A stretch of DNA of 64,000 nucleotides from Gemmatimonadota bacterium (GTDB lineage Bacteria > Gemmatimonadota > Gemmatimonadetes > Gemmatimonadales > GWC2-71-9). A program made the position numbers and the translations under genes. The stretch covers positions 167,040 through 231,039 of the forward strand of contig JADJPD010000010.1 in NCBI GenBank assembly GCA_016713435.1. Direction: 5' to 3'. Below, in pieces: positions 38,567 to 48,042 of this stretch (position 1 is the stretch's first letter; the number at the start of each line of letters is the position of its first letter). Under the pieces are notes generated by a model. It did not search any database, had not been told where the DNA came from, and was given only the letters and a program-made list of their open reading frames with translations.

Positions 38567-40060
38567 ATGTCGGCTGCTCCTGCTTCTCCCCGCGTGGTGT
38601 CCCAGCTCAAGCCGGGCGACCGCACCGTCGTCATCGGCGGTCCCGCGGGGCTCACGGCCGCGTACCTGCTCTCCAAGAAGGGCTACGCGGTGACCGTGCT
38701 CGAGGCCGACGACATCGTCGGCGGCATCTCGCGCACCGCGCAGTACAAGGGCTACCGCTTCGACATCGGCGGGCACCGCTTCTTCACCAAGATCAAGCCG
38801 GTCGAGGACCTCTGGTACGAGATCCTGGGCGAGGTCTTCATCTCGGTGCCGCGGCTCTCCCGCATCCACTACGACGGCAAGTTCTTCGACTACCCGCTCA
38901 AGGCCATGAATGCCTTGCGGGGCCTCGGGCTCTGGAACGCGATCACCATCGTGCTGAGCTACCTCAAGTCGCACTGGTGGCCCAACCCGGTCGAGGAAAA
39001 CTTCGAGCAGTGGGTCACCAACCGGTTCGGGGCCAAGCTCTACAACATCTTCTTCAAGACCTACACCGAGAAGGTGTGGGGCATTCCCTGCACCGAGATC
39101 CGCGCCGAGTGGGCGGCGCAGCGGATCCAGGGCCTGTCGCTGGCCAAGGCCATCCTCTCGGCCGCGGCCATCAACAAGCGCTCGACGAAGATCAAGACGC
39201 TCATCAACGAGTTCCAGTATCCGCGCCTCGGACCCGGCCAGATGTGGGAGACCTGCGTGGAGCGGATCCGCGGCATGGGCAACCAGGTGCTGCTCAAGCA
39301 CTACGTCACGGCGGTGGAGACGGTGAACGGCAAGGTGGTGGCGGTGCGCGCGAAGACGGCGGAGGGCGAGGTGCGCTTCCCCTGCGAGCACGCCATCAAC
39401 ACCAGCTCCATCCGCTCGCTGGTGCGGGCGCTCGACCCGCAGGTGCCGGCGCCCGTGAAGGTGGCGGGCGAGGGGCTCAAGTACCGGGACTTCCTGGTGG
39501 TGGCCCTGATGCTCAAGGCGGAGAACCTGTTCCCGGACAACTGGATCTACATCCACACGCCGGGCGTCAAGGTGGGCCGCATCCAGAACTTCAACAACTG
39601 GTCCAAGGCCATGGTGCCGGTGGAGGGCCACACCTGCCTCGGCCTCGAGTACTTCTGCTTCAAGGGCGACGGCCTCTGGGACGCGAAGGACGCGGACCTG
39701 GTGGCGCTGGCCAAGAAGGAGTTCCTGTCGCTCGGGCTCTGCGACCCGAACGTCGAGGTGGTGGACGGCGCCGTGATCCGGATGCCCAAGGCCTATCCCA
39801 TCTACGACTCGGAGTATCGCGGCCACCTGGACGTGATCCGCGAGCACATCGACGCCATCCCCAACCTCCACACCGTGGGGCGGAACGGGATGCACAAGTA
39901 CAACAACGCCGACCACTCGATGCTGACGGCCATGTTCGCGCTGGAGAACATGCAGGGCGCGTCGCACGACGTGTGGGCGGTGAACACCGACTTCGAGTAC
40001 CACGAGGAGCAGAAGCTGGACGACAAGCAGAACGTGGCCGTGGCCGCCGCGGGGCGGTAG
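38567..40060 (+). CDS. FAD/NAD(P)-binding oxidoreductase (amine-oxidase / UDP-galactopyranose-mutase-like fold)
   Basis: ORF 38372..40060. TVVIGGPAGLTAAYLLSKKGYAVTVLEADDIVGGISRT (GxGxxG + E). ...GHRFFTK..., FQYPRLGPGQMWE, TVGRNGMHKYNNADHSM. Confidence 0.8.
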   Translation: MSAAPASPRVVSQLKPGDRTVVIGGPAGLTAAYLLSKKGYAVTVLEADDIVGGISRTAQYKGYRFDIGGHRFFTKIKPVEDLWYEILGEVFISVPRLSRIHYDGKFFDYPLKAMNALRGLGLWNAITIVLSYLKSHWWPNPVEENFEQWVTNRFGAKLYNIFFKTYTEKVWGIPCTEIRAEWAAQRIQGLSLAKAILSAAAINKRSTKIKTLINEFQYPRLGPGQMWETCVERIRGMGNQVLLKHYVTAVETVNGKVVAVRAKTAEGEVRFPCEHAINTSSIRSLVRALDPQVPAPVKVAGEGLKYRDFLVVALMLKAENLFPDNWIYIHTPGVKVGRIQNFNNWSKAMVPVEGHTCLGLEYFCFKGDGLWDAKDADLVALAKKEFLSLGLCDPNVEVVDGAVIRMPKAYPIYDSEYRGHLDVIREHIDAIPNLHTVGRNGMHKYNNADHSMLTAMFALENMQGASHDVWAVNTDFEYHEEQKLDDKQNVAVAAAGR

Positions 40061-40063
40061 GCC

Positions 40064-41238
40064 ATGCGCATCGGGGTGGACGCCACCTGCTGGGCGAACG
40101 GGCGCGGCTACGGCCGCTTCACCCGCTCGCTGCTGGCGGAGATGGCGGCGCTCTCCCCGGACGACGAGTTCATCTGCTTCCTCGACCCGGTGGCCGCGCA
40201 GGGCTTCGACCTGGCGGGGCCCAACGTGCGCCCGGTGATCGTGCCCATGGGCGTGGCGCCCACCGCGGCCGCCGCGGCCGACGGGTACCGGGCGCCGCTC
40301 GACATGCTGCGGCTCACGCGCGCGGTGTGGCGGGAGCGGCCGGACGTGTTCTTCTCGCCGTCGGTCTACACCTATTTCCCGCTCCCCCCGGGGCAGCGGG
40401 CCGTGGTCACCGTGCACGACGCCATCGCCGAGCGCTTCCCCGAGCTGACGCTGCCGAGCCCCCGGGCCCGCCTGTTCTGGCGGCTCAAGGTGGGGCTGGC
40501 GCTCCGTCAGGCGCGGCTGGTGCTCACGGTGTCGGACTTCGCGGCGGGGAGATCGCGGAGGTGCTCGGCATCCAGAAGGGGCGGATCCGGGTCACCAGCG
40601 AGGCGCCGGCGGAGGCGTACGCGCCGAGCGAGGACAAGAAGGCGATCGCGGCGCTGGCGGCGCGGGTGGGGGTGCCGGCCGGGGCGCGGTGGTTCACGTA
40701 CGTGGGCGGCTTCAACCCGCACAAGCACGTGGATGCCATCGTGCGGGCGCACGCGGCCGTGGCCAAGGAGATGAGCGCCCCGCCGCACCTGCTGCTGGTG
40801 GGGACCATCGACAAGGACGTCTTCCACGGCGACCAGGCCAAGATCCGCCGCGCCATCAGTGAGGCGGGGACGGAGTCGCTGGTGCACTGGACGGGCTTCC
40901 TGCCCGACGGCGAGCTCCGGCACCTGCACAGCGGCGCCGTGGCGCTGCTCCTCCCCTCGGCGTGCGAGGGCTTCGGGCTGCCGGCGGTGGAGGCCGCGGC
41001 CTGCGGCACGCCGGTGGTGGCCACCACGGCGAGCCCGCTGCCGCAGCTGCTCCAGGGCGGCGGGATCTTCGTGGCCCCGGGGGACGAGCCCGCGCTCGAG
41101 GCCGCCCTCCGGACGCTCCTGACCGACGACCTGGGCCGCGCGCGCATGGCGCGCATTGCGCTCGAGCGGGCGCGGGCGCTGTCGTGGCGGCGCGGCGCGG
41201 AGGCGGCGATGGCCGCGCTGCACGAGGCGGCGGCGTGA
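40064..41238 (+). pseudogene. GT4-family glycosyltransferase; frame break in G4 run 40546-40549
   Basis: MRIGVDATCWANGRGYGRFTR...LTVSDFAA (ORF 40064) -> EIAEVLGI...FTYVGGFNPHKH...SACEGFGLPAVEAAACGTPVV (ORF 38977..41238 frame). Confidence 0.8.
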
Positions 41239-42542
41239 GCGGGCTCAAGTTCGGGTTCCTGACCACGTTCTACCCGCCGGAGAACTTCGGCGGCGACGGG
41301 ATCGGCATCCAGCGGCTGGCGCGCGGGCTGGTGAAGGCGGGGCACCAGGTGACGGTGATCCACGACCTCGATGCCTACCACGCGCTGCACCCGGGCCCGC
41401 CGCCGGCGGCCCCGGCGGAGCCGCCGGGGCTCGAGGTGGTGAAGCTCCGGAGCGGGGTGGGGACGCTGAGCCCGCTGCTCACGCAGCAGACGGGGCGGCC
41501 GGTGATGAACGGGCGGAAGATCGCGGCGCTGCTCGCGGCGCACGACTTCGACGTGATCACCTTCCACAACGTGTCGCTCATCGGCGGGCCCGGGCTGCTC
41601 AAGTACGGGCACGCGCTCAAGCTGTACATGGCGCACGAGCACTGGCTGGTCTGCCCGAGCCACGTGCTGTGGCGCTACGACCGCGAGCTCTGCGACGCGC
41701 GCGACTGCGTCCGCTGCCAGCTCAGCTTCAAGCGGCCGCCGCAGGCGTGGCGGGCCACGGGCTACCTGGAGCGCGAGCTCCGGCACGTGGACACCTTCAT
41801 CGCCATGAGCGAGTTCAGCCGGAAGAAGCACGCCGAGTTCGGCTTTCCGCGGGACATGGAAGTGCTGCCCTACTTCCTGCCCGATCCCGAGGCGGGGGGC
41901 GCCCGGGTGGGCGGGGCGCGGCCGCAGGAGCGGCCCTATTTCCTGTTCGTGGGGCGGCTGGAGAAGATCAAGGGCCTCGACGACGTGATCCCGGTGTTCC
42001 GGCAGTACCCGGACGCCGACCTGCTCATCGCCGGCGACGGCGAGTACGCGGGGCCGCTCAAGGCGCTGGCGGCGGGGCTGCCCAACGTGAAGTTCCTGGG
42101 GCGGGTGGCGCCGGAGGAGCTGCGGCGGATCTACGAGCACGCCATTGCGCTGGTCGTGCCGTCGGTGTGCTTCGAGACCTTCGGCATCATCCTGATCGAG
42201 GCGTTCAAGCAGGGGACGCCGGTGATCGCGCGGCGGCTCGGGCCGTTCCCGGAGATCGTGGAGACGGCGGGCGGCGGCGAGCTCTTCAGCACCACCGACG
42301 AGCTGGTGGCCGCCATGCGGCGGCTGCAGGACGATCCCGCGCGGCGGGACCGCCTGGCGGAGGCGGGCAGTGCGGCGTTCCTGCAGCGCTGGAGCGAGAG
42401 CGCCGTGGTGCCGCAGTTCCTGGACATCGTGGCGCGCTCGGCCCGCAAGAAGGGCGATGCGCGCGTGCTGGGCAAGTTGGGCTTGTCGGACCGCGCGAGC
42501 GGCCACCCGCCACTTCCGGCGGGCGCCACCGCGCGCGGCTAG
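41235..42542 (+). CDS. GT4-family glycosyltransferase
   Basis: Frame of ORF 40962..42542. GTG 41235 overlaps the upstream stop. KFGFLTTFYPPENFGGDGIGIQRLA..., FVGRLEKIKG..., SVCFETFGIILIEAFKQGTPVIA. Confidence 0.85.
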   Translation: MSGLKFGFLTTFYPPENFGGDGIGIQRLARGLVKAGHQVTVIHDLDAYHALHPGPPPAAPAEPPGLEVVKLRSGVGTLSPLLTQQTGRPVMNGRKIAALLAAHDFDVITFHNVSLIGGPGLLKYGHALKLYMAHEHWLVCPSHVLWRYDRELCDARDCVRCQLSFKRPPQAWRATGYLERELRHVDTFIAMSEFSRKKHAEFGFPRDMEVLPYFLPDPEAGGARVGGARPQERPYFLFVGRLEKIKGLDDVIPVFRQYPDADLLIAGDGEYAGPLKALAAGLPNVKFLGRVAPEELRRIYEHAIALVVPSVCFETFGIILIEAFKQGTPVIARRLGPFPEIVETAGGGELFSTTDELVAAMRRLQDDPARRDRLAEAGSAAFLQRWSESAVVPQFLDIVARSARKKGDARVLGKLGLSDRASGHPPLPAGATARG

Positions 42543-42565
42543 CGGGACGGACCGGGAGAGTTCCC

Positions 42566-43541
42566 ATGAAGGTGTTCATCACCGGCGGCGCCGGGTTCAT
42601 CGGTTCCCACCTGGCCGAGCGGCTGCTCGCCCGGGGCGACAAGGTGCTCATCCTGGACGACCTCTCGACGGGGACGATGGACAACATCGACCACCTCGTG
42701 GGGCGGCCCGGCTTCGAGTACCGGATCGGCACCGCGCTCGACCTCCCGCTCGTCACCGAGTGCGTGGACCGCTGCGACGTGACCGTCCACCTGGCGGCGG
42801 CGGTGGGCGTCAAGCTGATCGTGGAGCGGCCGGTCCATACCATTGAGACCAACGTGGGCTGCACCGAGACGGTGCTCGAGGCGGCGGCCAAGAAGCAGAA
42901 GCTGACGCTCGTGGCCAGCACCTCCGAAGTGTACGGCAAGAGCGCCCGCATCCCCTTCGGCGAGGAGGACGACCTCCAGCTCGGCCCCACCAGCCACAGC
43001 CGCTGGGCCTACGCCTGCAGCAAGGCGCTGGACGAGTGGCTGGCGCTGGCCTACCTGCGCGAGAAGCAGGTGCCGGTGATCCTGTGCCGCTTCTTCAACA
43101 CGGTGGGCCCGCGGCAGACGGGGCGCTACGGCATGGTGCTGCCCAACTTCGCCGCGCAGGCGCTGGCCGGCGAGCCGATCACGGTGTACGGCACCGGCAC
43201 CCAGTCGCGCTGCTTCGGCCACGTGCAGGACGCGGTGGAGAGCATCCTCCGCCTCCTCGCCACGCCGGCGGCGGTGGGGCAGGTGTTCAACGTGGGGAAT
43301 GACGAAGAGGTGAGCATCCTGCGCCTGGCGGAGCTGGTGAAGGAGGCGGCGGGCTCGAGCTCGGAGATCCGGCTCATCCCCTACAGCGAGGCGTATCCCA
43401 TCGGGTTCGAGGACATGCAGCGGCGGGTGCCCGACGTGCGGAAGCTCGAGAAGGCCATCGGCTTCCGGCCGCGGACGCCGCTGGCGAAGATCATCGCGGA
43501 CGTCGTCGCGGACCAGCGCGCGCGTGGCCGCGCGGGCGTAG
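42566..43541 (+). pseudogene. NAD-dependent nucleotide-sugar epimerase/dehydratase (SDR); 3' end uncertain (in-frame stop missing, likely indel ~43510-43540)
   Basis: MKVFITGGAGFIGSHL..., STSEVYG, YACSKALDE (YxxxK), FNTVGPRQ. As assembled the frame runs on to 43990 across the next gene. A TAG at 43539 sits in the adjacent frame. Confidence 0.75.
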
Positions 43542-43553
43542 CGCGCGGCCGGC

Positions 43554-44306
43554 GTGCGCGCGATCCTGACGGGACGCACTCGATCGACCCTCCGTGGGTC
43601 GGCGATTTCCGTGGCGCCGGAGGAATTCCGCCGGCACGTGGCGTGGCTGGCGTCGGGAGAGGTGCGGGTGGTGTCGCTGGAGGCGCTGCTCGGGCTCCCG
43701 GCGGAGGCCGAGGCGGTGGCGCTCACCTTCGACGACGCCTTCGCCAGCTTCGGGGAGGTCGCAGCACCGCTGCTCCGGGAGCACGGGCTCCCCGCCACGC
43801 TCTTCGTGGTGAGCGACCACGTGGGCGGCACCAACCGCTGGGGCGGCAAGGCCGACATGCGGGTGCCGGAGCTGCCGCTGCTCGACTGGCCGGCGCTCGG
43901 CCGCCTGGCGGAGCAGGGCGTCACGCTGGGGGGGCACACCCGGCGGCACCCGCACCTGACGCAGTGCACCGAGGCGCAGCTGCTCGATGAGCTGGCCGGC
44001 GGGGCGGAGCGGATGGTGGCGGAGCTGGGCCGGCGGCCGGTGGAGTTTGCGTACCCCTACGGGGACGTGAACCCGGCGGTGGCCCGGGCGACGGGGCGGG
44101 TGTTCGGCCGGGCGGTGACCACCGAGCTGCGCCTGCTCGGGCCGGCGGAGGACCCGCTCCTGCTGCCGCGGCTCGACATGTTCTACCTCCGCCAGGCCGG
44201 CGCCCTCGAGGCGTACGGCTCGGCGCGGTTCGCGGGGACGATGTGGATGCGGGCACAGGCGCGCCGGGTGCGCGCCGCGCTCGGGACTTTCGGAGGCCAG
44301 TGGTGA
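43554..44306 (+). CDS. Polysaccharide deacetylase family protein
   Basis: ORF 43554..44306. VALTFDDAFASF..., PATLFVVSDHVGG..., LGGHTRRHPHL..., FAYPYGD. Confidence 0.8.
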   Translation: MRAILTGRTRSTLRGSAISVAPEEFRRHVAWLASGEVRVVSLEALLGLPAEAEAVALTFDDAFASFGEVAAPLLREHGLPATLFVVSDHVGGTNRWGGKADMRVPELPLLDWPALGRLAEQGVTLGGHTRRHPHLTQCTEAQLLDELAGGAERMVAELGRRPVEFAYPYGDVNPAVARATGRVFGRAVTTELRLLGPAEDPLLLPRLDMFYLRQAGALEAYGSARFAGTMWMRAQARRVRAALGTFGGQW

Positions 44307-45436
44307 CCCAGAGGCCGTACCTCAGTGTCGTGATGCCCGCCCACCGGGCGCTCGCCGTCCTGCCGCGCGTCATGGACGCGCTGCTCGCCAGCGACCTGCC
44401 GCGCGAGGAGTGGGAGTTCCTCGTGGTGGACGACGCCAGCCCCGATGCCACGCCCGCGCTGGCCGCGCGCCACGCGGACGCGGTGATCCGGCTGCCCGGC
44501 CCGCCCCAGGGCCCCGCCTACGCGCGGAACCGCGGCGCCGAGGCGGCGCGGGGCGAGGTGCTGGTGTTCGTGGACAGCGACGTGTGCGTGCACCCGACGA
44601 CGCTCCGGCGCTTCGCCGAGCTGTTCCGCGCCCACCCCGACATCGGGGCGGCGTTCGGCAGCTACGACGACAAGCCGCCCGCGCCCGGCATCGTGTCGCA
44701 GTACCGGAACCTGCTGCACCACTACCACCACCAGCAGAACGGCGGCGACGCGGAGACCTTCTGGGCCGGCTGCGGCGCCATCCGGCGCGCGCTCTTCCTG
44801 CAGGCGGGGAAGTACGACGAGTGGCACTACCCCAAGCCGTCCATCGAGGACATCGAGCTGGGGCACCGGCTGCGGGCCATCGGCTGCCGCATCGTGCTCC
44901 GGCCCGAGATCCAGTGCACGCACCTCAAGCAGTGGACGCTGCAGAACATGGCCAGGACCGACCTCCACGACCGCGGGGTGCCGTGGATGCGGCTGCTGCT
45001 GCAGGAGGAGCGGATCGGCACCATGCGGTCGCTGAACCTGAAGCTGTCGGAGAAGGTCAACACGGCGCTGGCGGGGCTCGGCTTCCTGGTGCTGCTGGCG
45101 GCACCGTTCGTGGACTGGCGGCTGGTGTTCGTGACGGGGCTCCTCGGGCTCCCGATCTTCCTCACCAACCTGCCGCTCTACCACTTCTTCCGGCGGACCA
45201 AGGGGCTGGCGTTCACGCTGGCCATCATGCCGCTGCACTACTTCTACTACCTGCTCAACTGCGTGTCGGCGTCGCTCGGCATCGTGCTGCATCACGTGAT
45301 CGGCGAGCCGCACCCGCGGCCGTCGGTGCAGGCGTTCGCGGAGGTGGGGGTGTCGCACTGGCCGCCGGTGCCGACGCGGGGGAAGTGGCACCCGTGGAGC
45401 GGGTCGCGCCGGGCGGCGGGGGAGGGGACGCGATGA
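44303..45436 (+). CDS. Family-2 glycosyltransferase with C-terminal TM helices
   Basis: Frame of ORF 44243..45436. GTGA overlap, GGAGG upstream. LSVVMPAHRA..., LVVDDASPD..., VFVDSDVC (DxD), SIEDIELGHR. Confidence 0.85.
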   Translation: MTQRPYLSVVMPAHRALAVLPRVMDALLASDLPREEWEFLVVDDASPDATPALAARHADAVIRLPGPPQGPAYARNRGAEAARGEVLVFVDSDVCVHPTTLRRFAELFRAHPDIGAAFGSYDDKPPAPGIVSQYRNLLHHYHHQQNGGDAETFWAGCGAIRRALFLQAGKYDEWHYPKPSIEDIELGHRLRAIGCRIVLRPEIQCTHLKQWTLQNMARTDLHDRGVPWMRLLLQEERIGTMRSLNLKLSEKVNTALAGLGFLVLLAAPFVDWRLVFVTGLLGLPIFLTNLPLYHFFRRTKGLAFTLAIMPLHYFYYLLNCVSASLGIVLHHVIGEPHPRPSVQAFAEVGVSHWPPVPTRGKWHPWSGSRRAAGEGTR

Positions 45437-45521
45437 GCGCCGCCCGGCCTTGCCGCTGCCCGGGACGCCCGGCGATATTCGGGGCGTATCCCCTTGCCCG
45501 TCCGTCACTTCCGGGGGTTCC

Positions 45522-45896
45522 ATGCCCGTGACCCAGCGCCCCGAGACCGAGGCCCTTCCCGAGCCGCTCGTCCTGGCCTTTGCCCCGCTCGACAAGCGGG
45601 CGCTGGGCGTGGCCACGGGCCTGGCGCTCGGGCTCCTGATCTTCCTGGCCACCGCCATGACGCTGGTCCGCGAGGGCGGGCGGGAGGTCAACCTGTGGCT
45701 GCTCGCCAACTACCTCTCCGGCTACTCGCAGACCTGGCCCGGGGCGTTCATCGGGTTCGGGTGGGGGCTGGTGATGGGGTTCGTGGCGGGGTGGTTCATC
45801 GCCTTCTGCCGCAACTTCGTGATCGCGGCCTCGCTCTTCTGGATCCGGACGCGCAACGAGATGGACCAGACCCAGGACTTCCTTGACCACATCTGA
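45522..45896 (+). CDS. Small membrane protein (2 TM), paralog of the next gene
   Basis: In ORF 45450..45896; start at MPVTQRPETE. ...RALGVATGLALGLLIFLATAMTLVREGG...GYSQTWPGAFIGFGWGLVMGFVAGW. Confidence 0.6.
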   Translation: MPVTQRPETEALPEPLVLAFAPLDKRALGVATGLALGLLIFLATAMTLVREGGREVNLWLLANYLSGYSQTWPGAFIGFGWGLVMGFVAGWFIAFCRNFVIAASLFWIRTRNEMDQTQDFLDHI

Positions 45897-45903
45897 CCCG
45901 GCC

Positions 45904-46197
45904 ATGACCCAGACCGACACCGAGCTGCAGCAGGCCCTCCTCCGCCTCAACGCGCGTGCCTGGGGCATCGCCTTCGGGCTGCTGCTGGGGGGCGGGCTCT
46001 TCATCGCCACCGTGGTGCTGGTGATGCGGGGCGGCGAGAACGTGGGCCAGCACCTCGGCCTGCTCCGGGTCTTCTTCCCCGGCTACTCCATCAGCTACGC
46101 CGGCGCCATCATCGGCTTCATCTACGCCTTCGTGGTGGGCTACGCCTTCGGGCGGCTGGTCGGCTCGGCGTACAACTTCCTCGTCCGTCCCCGCTAA
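45904..46197 (+). CDS. Small membrane protein (2 TM), paralog of the previous gene
   Basis: In ORF 45883..46197. ...RAWGIAFGLLLGGGLFIATVVLVMRGGE...GYSISYAGAIIGFIYAFVVGYAFG. Confidence 0.6.
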   Translation: MTQTDTELQQALLRLNARAWGIAFGLLLGGGLFIATVVLVMRGGENVGQHLGLLRVFFPGYSISYAGAIIGFIYAFVVGYAFGRLVGSAYNFLVRPR

Positions 46198-46206
46198 GGC
46201 TCCCGC

Positions 46207-48042
46207 GTGAGCGACTCGCCGGTCCCGTCCCGGGCTCCCGACGCGCCGCTCACCGCGGGAGGCGCGCTCCGCCTCGCCGCCTGGCTCGGCGCCCTCGCCG
46301 GCTTCGGCGAGGTGCTGCTGCAGTACGCGGTCCGCTACGGCTGGCACCGGTTCAACTTCACCGGGCGCGACCTGCCCTGGCTCACCCCCGCCGCCTACAC
46401 GCTGCTCTTCCTGCTCCTCGGCCTGCTGCTCCTGGCCGCGGGCGCGGCGCTGCCGCGGCTGCGCCGCCCGGGGGTGTTCCTCGGCGTGCTCACCGTCCCG
46501 GCGGTGGCGAGCCTGGCGTTCATGTACCCGCCGCTCCACAAGGCGGCGGCGCTGCTGCTGGCGGTGGGCGTCGCGGTGCAGGTGAGCCGCTGGTCGGTGG
46601 GGGAGGGGTGGCTGCTGCGCCTGGGGCGGGCCACGTGGGCCGTGCCCCTCCTGCTCATCGTGGCGTGCTTCGCGGGGGTGCGGGGGAAGGCGGCGTGGGA
46701 CGAGCGGCGCGCGGTGGAGGCGCTGCCCTTCGCGCCGGTCGGGGCGCCCAACATCCTGGTGATCTTCCTGGACACGGTGCGCGAGCAGAGCGTGAACCTG
46801 GCGGACTCCGTCCAGGGCCCCACGCCCTTCCTGGCGCGGCTGGCCGGCCGGGGCACCCGCTTCAGTGAGGCACGCTCCCCCGCGCCCTGGACCCTGCCGA
46901 GCCATGCCAGTGCCTTCACCGGCAAGCCGGCCCGCGCGCTCGACGCGGACTGGATGACGCCGCTCGACCCCACCACCCCGGTGCTGGCCCAGGAGCTGGC
47001 GAAGCGGGGCTGGGTGACCGGCGGCTTCGTGGGCAACACCCTCTACTGCAGCCGCGAGACGGGGCTGGCGCGGGGCTTTACCTACTACCGCGACTACACC
47101 GCCGCCCCCGGCGAGTGGGTGCGGAGCGTGTCGCTGCTGCGGGTGCTGCACGGCACCCCGCTGGTGCGCCGGGTGCTCGGCATCGAGCAGCTGCTGGGCC
47201 GCAAGGAGGCGCCGTCGGTGAGCGACGGCTTCCTGGCCTGGCTGGACCGGCGGCCGCGGAACCGGCCCTACTTCGCGTTCCTCAACTACTTCGACGCGCA
47301 CAACCCCTACATCCCGCCGCCGGCGTTCCGCGCGGGCCTCCCGGACGGGCTCCCCTCCATGGAGCTCGAGACCATGGCCCCGGGCGACCTCCCCGGCGAG
47401 GCCGTGCTCGACGACCTGCGCACCCGTTACGAGCGCACCATCCAGGGGCTGGACCACGAGCTGGGCCGGCTGTTCGACTCGCTCGCGGCGCGGGGCGCGC
47501 TCGACTCCACCATCGTGGTGCTCACCTCCGACCACGGCGAGCAGTTCGGCGAGCACCGCCGGCTGGTGCACGGCAACAGCCTGTACCTGCCGGTGCTGCA
47601 CGTGCCGCTGATCGTGGTGCAGCCGGGGCGGGTGCCGGCGGGGCGGGTGGTGACGTCGCCGGTGGCGCTCTACGACCTCCCCGCCACCCTCATGGAGCTG
47701 GCAGGCATTCCGCGGGCGCCGTTCCCGGGCAGCTCGCTGGTGCCGCTCTGGGACGGCCGCGCGCCGGACCGCGCCGAGACCATCCTCGCGTCGGTCAACT
47801 ACTCGCCCCTCCTCCGCAAGGTGAACCCCGTGAGCCGGGGCGACATCACCGCGGTGGAGCAGGACGGCCACCGCCTGATCCGCCAGCGCGAGGACGAGGA
47901 GCTCTACGCCACCCGCGAGGACCCGGGGGAGCTCACCAACCTGGCGCCGGCCAACCCCGGCGGCCGCCTGACCCGGATGCGCACGGCGCTCGACTCGGCG
48001 CTGGCCCGCTGGACCAAGCCGGTCCGGGGAGCCCGGCCGTGA
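46207..48042 (+). CDS. Membrane-anchored alkaline-phosphatase-superfamily (sulfatase-like) hydrolase/transferase
   Basis: ORF 46207..48042. About 5 N-terminal TM helices. NILVIFLDTVR (metal Asp). PWTLPSHASAFTG (Thr at the nucleophile position, no C/S-x-P-x-R). LTSDHGEQFGEH. Confidence 0.8.
   Translation: MSDSPVPSRAPDAPLTAGGALRLAAWLGALAGFGEVLLQYAVRYGWHRFNFTGRDLPWLTPAAYTLLFLLLGLLLLAAGAALPRLRRPGVFLGVLTVPAVASLAFMYPPLHKAAALLLAVGVAVQVSRWSVGEGWLLRLGRATWAVPLLLIVACFAGVRGKAAWDERRAVEALPFAPVGAPNILVIFLDTVREQSVNLADSVQGPTPFLARLAGRGTRFSEARSPAPWTLPSHASAFTGKPARALDADWMTPLDPTTPVLAQELAKRGWVTGGFVGNTLYCSRETGLARGFTYYRDYTAAPGEWVRSVSLLRVLHGTPLVRRVLGIEQLLGRKEAPSVSDGFLAWLDRRPRNRPYFAFLNYFDAHNPYIPPPAFRAGLPDGLPSMELETMAPGDLPGEAVLDDLRTRYERTIQGLDHELGRLFDSLAARGALDSTIVVLTSDHGEQFGEHRRLVHGNSLYLPVLHVPLIVVQPGRVPAGRVVTSPVALYDLPATLMELAGIPRAPFPGSSLVPLWDGRAPDRAETILASVNYSPLLRKVNPVSRGDITAVEQDGHRLIRQREDEELYATREDPGELTNLAPANPGGRLTRMRTALDSALARWTKPVRGARP

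Noticed and set aside
41156-43990. 944-aa ORF spanning GT4, epimerase and deacetylase regions
   Set aside because: Only residues from MKVFITGGAGFIG (42566) to ~43540 look like a real protein. The upstream part is an off-frame of the GT4 gene and the downstream part is an off-frame of the deacetylase.
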